A stretch of DNA of 64,000 nucleotides from Spirogloea muscicola. Taxonomy: Eukaryota. Position numbers and translations under genes: made by a program. Below the pieces are notes generated by a model, which was not told where the DNA came from, did no database searches, and was given only the letters and a program-made list of their open reading frames with translations. Where the stretch lies: the NCBI GenBank assembly GCA_009602725.1, contig WELB01000019.1, positions 1,051,682-1,115,681 of the forward strand, written 5' to 3'. Shown here in pieces: positions 59,808-64,000 of the stretch; position 1 is the stretch's first letter, and each line of letters begins with the position of its first letter.

Positions 59808-62719
59808 TCACTCCACCTCCGCAAGATAGTCATCAACCTCCGAGGGTGTCAGGACCCTGCCAAGAGTGCAGAGTGCAGTAGAAATCAACTTCTAAAGATG
59901 GGCCATCAGAGTGGTCTAATTGAGTGGCAGGGATGTGATGTGCAGCAAGGCTTAGACCTTCACTACTATAATCTCAATGATAACAACTGACAGTCATGAG
60001 CCAATGATGGATTAGTGGTAACTCCTACGTGCGCTCCTGTTCATGACACTTTGTGCTATACTGTGAACATGGATGCTTTCCAATTAAAGCAGTGATTTCT
60101 AGCATGCCAACCTGAATTTGTGGTCGTTGCCCACTATCCCAATCTCGATGTTGCTCCCAGAGATTTGGCCCTCAAAACTAGACGGCAGAAACCGAGAGCA
60201 CATATGATAAGATAGTGATGCCGTGAAGCTCAAACCCAACTCAATCAAGGAAATCAAAGCTGTCAAGCATCCCTGTGCAGTGACATAAGTGGACTTTTAC
60301 CCATGACTCAAACAGCACATACCCTTCCTTAAGAGTCAATATTGCAGTATGGACAGCATCCTCCAACTCCATGTCCTCTGTATATCTGTCAAAATCCATC
60401 CGAGCAGGTAGGCCCAGCTTAGAAGTGTTAAGTGCGGGCCTACCTCTCTTCAATTCAAAGCAACACAATGAGGAGCCCAGTGCCAGCAAGAGGCACTCCA
60501 GAACAAAGCAAATTGATAAGGGGTGCCTGAAGAACATGGAACGTACTTCCACACACATGACCTGCTCTACATGTAAGAAGCTCAGCATAACACAATCCGT
60601 CCACATATGTCAAGACCACTTTAAGCGTTTCTAAGAGATCGAACCTCTTCTCCAGGAACGTCTTTGCATTCACCATGTTTTTCCCGATTGCTGATGCTTT
60701 CCAGGCAAAGTATGAACCTGATGGATCGACCTGGTCGATGGCACGTTGCGTGGCTTCCCACTCAGTCAGGCAATGTGAAGTGTCACACAAGAAAGTATGT
60801 ACCACATTGGCACTATGACCATTACGGGGAGAGTTTACGAACAGCCTCCTGAGATTGTGCAGCAATGAGTCATTTGCGAGTTTGGGAGAGGAGTTACTCA
60901 TGTAACAGTTCCAGCTGCCTGCCCCAATGCATCACACGAATCATTTGTGACGAGCAATGTAAAGGCAAGGTGACATTGCCCGCTTGCCTGATAAAGCTGA
61001 GGGCCCTTGGTATCATAGCCAGCGACGAGTAAGGACACTCCAAAAGGCCTCACACCTCTGCATTGCCAACATGCATAGTTGCACGAGGCACGTCAGCCTT
61101 CATGTAGCATAACACAAGGTGGCATAGCGAGCTGTTCCAGGCAGGCAACATATCATCCACAACTTGACAACGAAGGGCACTCACCCAGACTGTGTGAACT
61201 CCTGCATCACTGTGGCAGTCTCCCTCACCAGCTGTGATACGGGGATCACCTCCTGCAGGTGAGGAAGTACAGGTCAGGCTGCTCTTAAAGGAATGAGATA
61301 GGCACTTGTTCTGCAGAACTCAATTATGATTGAGGTTCTGCCATGCAGAAGCAAAGTGTAGAGAAGTTTGCAGATGGCTGGATTGGCACCTCGTACAGGC
61401 GGTAGTAGGCCTGCGCCGACTTGCGGCTCTGTCGGACTAGCACCCGCGAGTCTGGCCCCATGCCGCTGCAAGGAGAAAGCCCACCTTGCTGCTGTTTGTA
61501 CACCAACTTCACCAGAAAAGCTAGCATATTATCCAAATGCTTAAAACCCGCCAACATATATGACCCTGACACAAGACTCTGCGACCAATATCCGACACTG
61601 AGGCAGAGCTAGCACTTGCACGACCTGCAGACACGACCTTTGACACCTGTATGCAGAGCTGGCGGGGCAGACCTGTAAACCACGCCGGTGTTGGGGGTGA
61701 GGAGCTGGATCTTCTTGACCTGCAGTTACCTCAAGTGCAACTTCAGCGTATTTTATTTGCCTCTTGACCAGAGTGCAATAGAGAATCGCAGTGGCAGGCA
61801 TGTGAGGAAGAAGTCTCTATTTGTGGGTTGTCCTGCTTATGCACTACCCGATGGTTTGAAAACTCACAGTAAGACACAACCAGAGTGTGGCATGTAGTCA
61901 CAGACTGAGGGCTTTCAAAAGGCAGCAATTGGCAGAACGTCTAATAGGAGACTTGCAAACAAGAGTACACAATTGAAATTCTATGACGCGTTACCAAAAT
62001 CTGCACACTCATGGAGCTAAGCACTGTTTGTTGACTGGACAACACTGGGAACCAAAACAGCTCAAGGCGCCCCTCAAGCCCGTCTTTGCTAAGACCAGCC
62101 CGTGCTGGTAATGCACGTCGGTCCTGGAGAGGTAGAGTGCAGGCTTTGGCCTCACCGACTCCTCGTCAATGAGCGTGGACGGCAGCTTCTTCTCCGTGGC
62201 AATCACCACCCCATTGGTGGCTGCATGCAGAGCCCAACCCAGCAAACACGAACACCGACTTCAGCGGCCAGAGTGCCAGAAGTCAAGCAGACAACAACCC
62301 CCAGCGGCGTGGATGACCGACGCGCGACTGCCATGGATAGCTACCTCCCCATCTTCCGGCTGCGACGGCTAAGTACATAACACCTAAACCCTAACCCAAA
62401 ACACTAATTCCTTAATCAGGTCCCTGTAGATATGATTCCTGACTCATGGTTTGGGCCCCCCACCCTTGATGCCGAGGGAGGTGGCGCCGCTGGCGACGGC
62501 GTTGATGGCGTACTCGATCTGCACCAGCTTCCCGGACGGGCTGCGCGCAGCCAATGGAGGCTCAGTTCGCCGCCTTGGCTGCAGCGGCGGCGGCGGCGGC
62601 GGCGGCGGGCTGGCCCACCGGCCACGAGCCAAGCGCGCACTACTACGGCCGCGGCGGCGGCGGTGGCGGCGGCGGCACCTGAAGGTCGTGAGCGAGAACG
62701 AGTAGGGGCTCTCCGCCAT
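59808..62719 (-). CDS. PAB1: 20S proteasome subunit alpha-2
   Basis: [25 protein letters not shown]...[12 protein letters not shown]...[11 protein letters not shown]...[18 protein letters not shown]...[18 protein letters not shown]...[15 protein letters not shown]. One GC donor lies at 60987. Confidence 0.95.
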
Positions 62720-62911
62720 GGCGGCTGCCGCCGCCGCTGCCGCCGCCGCTGCCGGTCCCGCTCCCGGGCGCTTCTGGCGGCTGTGGCGGCTGTGGCGGCG
62801 GCGGCGGCAGCGGCGGCGGCGAAGGGGGGTGTCCTGCGGAGTGCAGCAGGGCTAGGGTTCAGGGTTTAAGGACCCCACATCTAGGGTTTGGACGAGGCTG
62901 TGGCGCGCCAC

Positions 62912-62948
<37 letters not shown>

Positions 62949-62965
62949 AGTCCCTTGCTGCAGCC

Positions 62966-63857
62966 ATGGCGCTCGGCGCGCCGCTGGCGAGCCCCCNGTG
63001 GTGCTGATCGCAGCAAGTTCATGTTCTGGCGATGTGCAGGAGCCGGCGCCCTTGGGCCCGGCGGAGTCATCGGCAGCGAGGGTGCCCCAAGGCGTGGTTC
63101 GACTTCAGCGCCGGCGGCGGCGGCGGCGGTGGCGGTGGCGCCGGCGACCGCGCAATCGCCGACCACCTGCGGCGCCTGGGCTGCGGCGAGCTGCGGCGGC
63201 GGCCCCGCGAGGTCCACTTTGCCGGCTGCACCAACGAGTCGTACGCCTTCCACTGCGCCCACGGCGACTTCTTCGTCAAGATCAACAGGTCAGCGCAGCT
63301 TAGGCTCTGTCACGACAAAGGCTCCACAAACAACTACTGACCCTTAACCCTACCTTATACCCTTAATACTAAAACCCCGTAATCCTCAATCCTAGATTAA
63401 ACCTAAACCCTACTCCCTCAACCCTAAATCAGAAACGACTGCTGGCCTTTAGAGGAAAGGGTCATACTTGCAAGGCTGCTGCATCCAATCTGAGGATTAC
63501 GTTGGGACACTGCGATGAGCGCTCTTGACAAGCCTAGCCGTAACACATGCAGTGCCAGAAGACGTCAAGTGGCACAGTAATCGTTATTTTACATCTGCAG
63601 AGCTCTGATGCATGTACTTGCCACTGGGACAGGAGTGTGTCGGCGGCCCAGATGTTCGAGGGTGAGGCAGAAGTGTAGGTCTGCTCCCTCTTGACCTTCT
63701 TCTCTCCTTTCCCCTCTTGTTCGTGAAGATGTCTTCAGGAGATGTGCTGACAAACTCAGGGGCCACCAGAAGCGCTTGTGCTTTTCCTGTGCGCCCCTGA
63801 AGCTACTTATGTGCCGTGTCTCTCATTGCAACTAGTCAGCCTGTCACATACTTTGAG
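62966..63857 (+). CDS. Fructosamine/ribulosamine 3-kinase family protein, 5' part (continues beyond the window)
   Basis: DRAIADHL...FAGCTNESYAFHCAHGDFFVKIN (to donor 63289) matches the GGCIN...FFVK(T/I)N start of this family. A putative 22-nt exon at 63836-63857 encodes QPVTYFE. Confidence 0.65.
63340..63430 (-). repeat. Degenerate telomere-like (CCCTAAA)n tract in an intron
   Basis: Reads acccttaaccctacc...aaacctaaaccctactccctcaaccctaaatc. Related tracts lie at 62382-62405 and 62850-62890. Confidence 0.7.
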
Positions 63858-64000
63858 GTCTGGCTGTTGGTGTGAGCTGCAGAAAGCAGAGTCTGTCTTT
63901 GCAGCTACACAAAGTCAGATGCTCGCAATCCTAGCTGATCTATTTCCTGAGTATGTGAATACAGTATCAAGTTATTAGAACCTACATAGCTGAGTGTCAA

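Noticed and set aside
62580..62950. GCC/GGC trinucleotide runs giving poly-Arg/Ala/Pro ORFs (also ~30690, 52400 and 56115)
   Set aside because: These are ordinary GC-rich microsatellites in 5' leaders, first exons and first introns. The shadow ORFs are not genes.

Overview
Gene-dense, intron-rich nuclear DNA from a green plant-lineage eukaryote. Lhca4, plastid transit peptides, TTTAGGG-type tracts and GC-rich 5' ends point to a streptophyte alga, which is an inference. By joining exons by hand I can support about 13 distinct protein genes: LSM12, an uncharacterised plant membrane protein, an eIF4B-motif/Gly-rich/CCHC protein, EAF6, CTF18, anthranilate phosphoribosyltransferase, a SES1-like saposin-fold ER protein, Lhca4, glyoxalase I, a PAP/fibrillin-domain protein, a PsaN-annotated thylakoid protein, an RD21-like protease, proteasome alpha-2 and the start of a fructosamine-kinase gene. 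There is also one tRNA-Ser(GCT). Two blocks are present twice as diverged tandem copies joined at assembly Ns. The main unexplained structure is about 10 kb of intergenic DNA built from 20 or more 5'-truncated 3' ends of CRE-clade (restriction-like endonuclease) non-LTR retrotransposons. They come from several subfamilies and share a C-terminal SDLx(L/V)L(T/S)RGY* motif, a GGCTG-loop-CAGCC 3'UTR hairpin and (TTTC/TTC)n tails instead of poly(A). They insert into one another with visible 9-20 bp target-site duplications and pile up just upstream of gene starts. Family assignments rest on recalled motifs, not on a database search.
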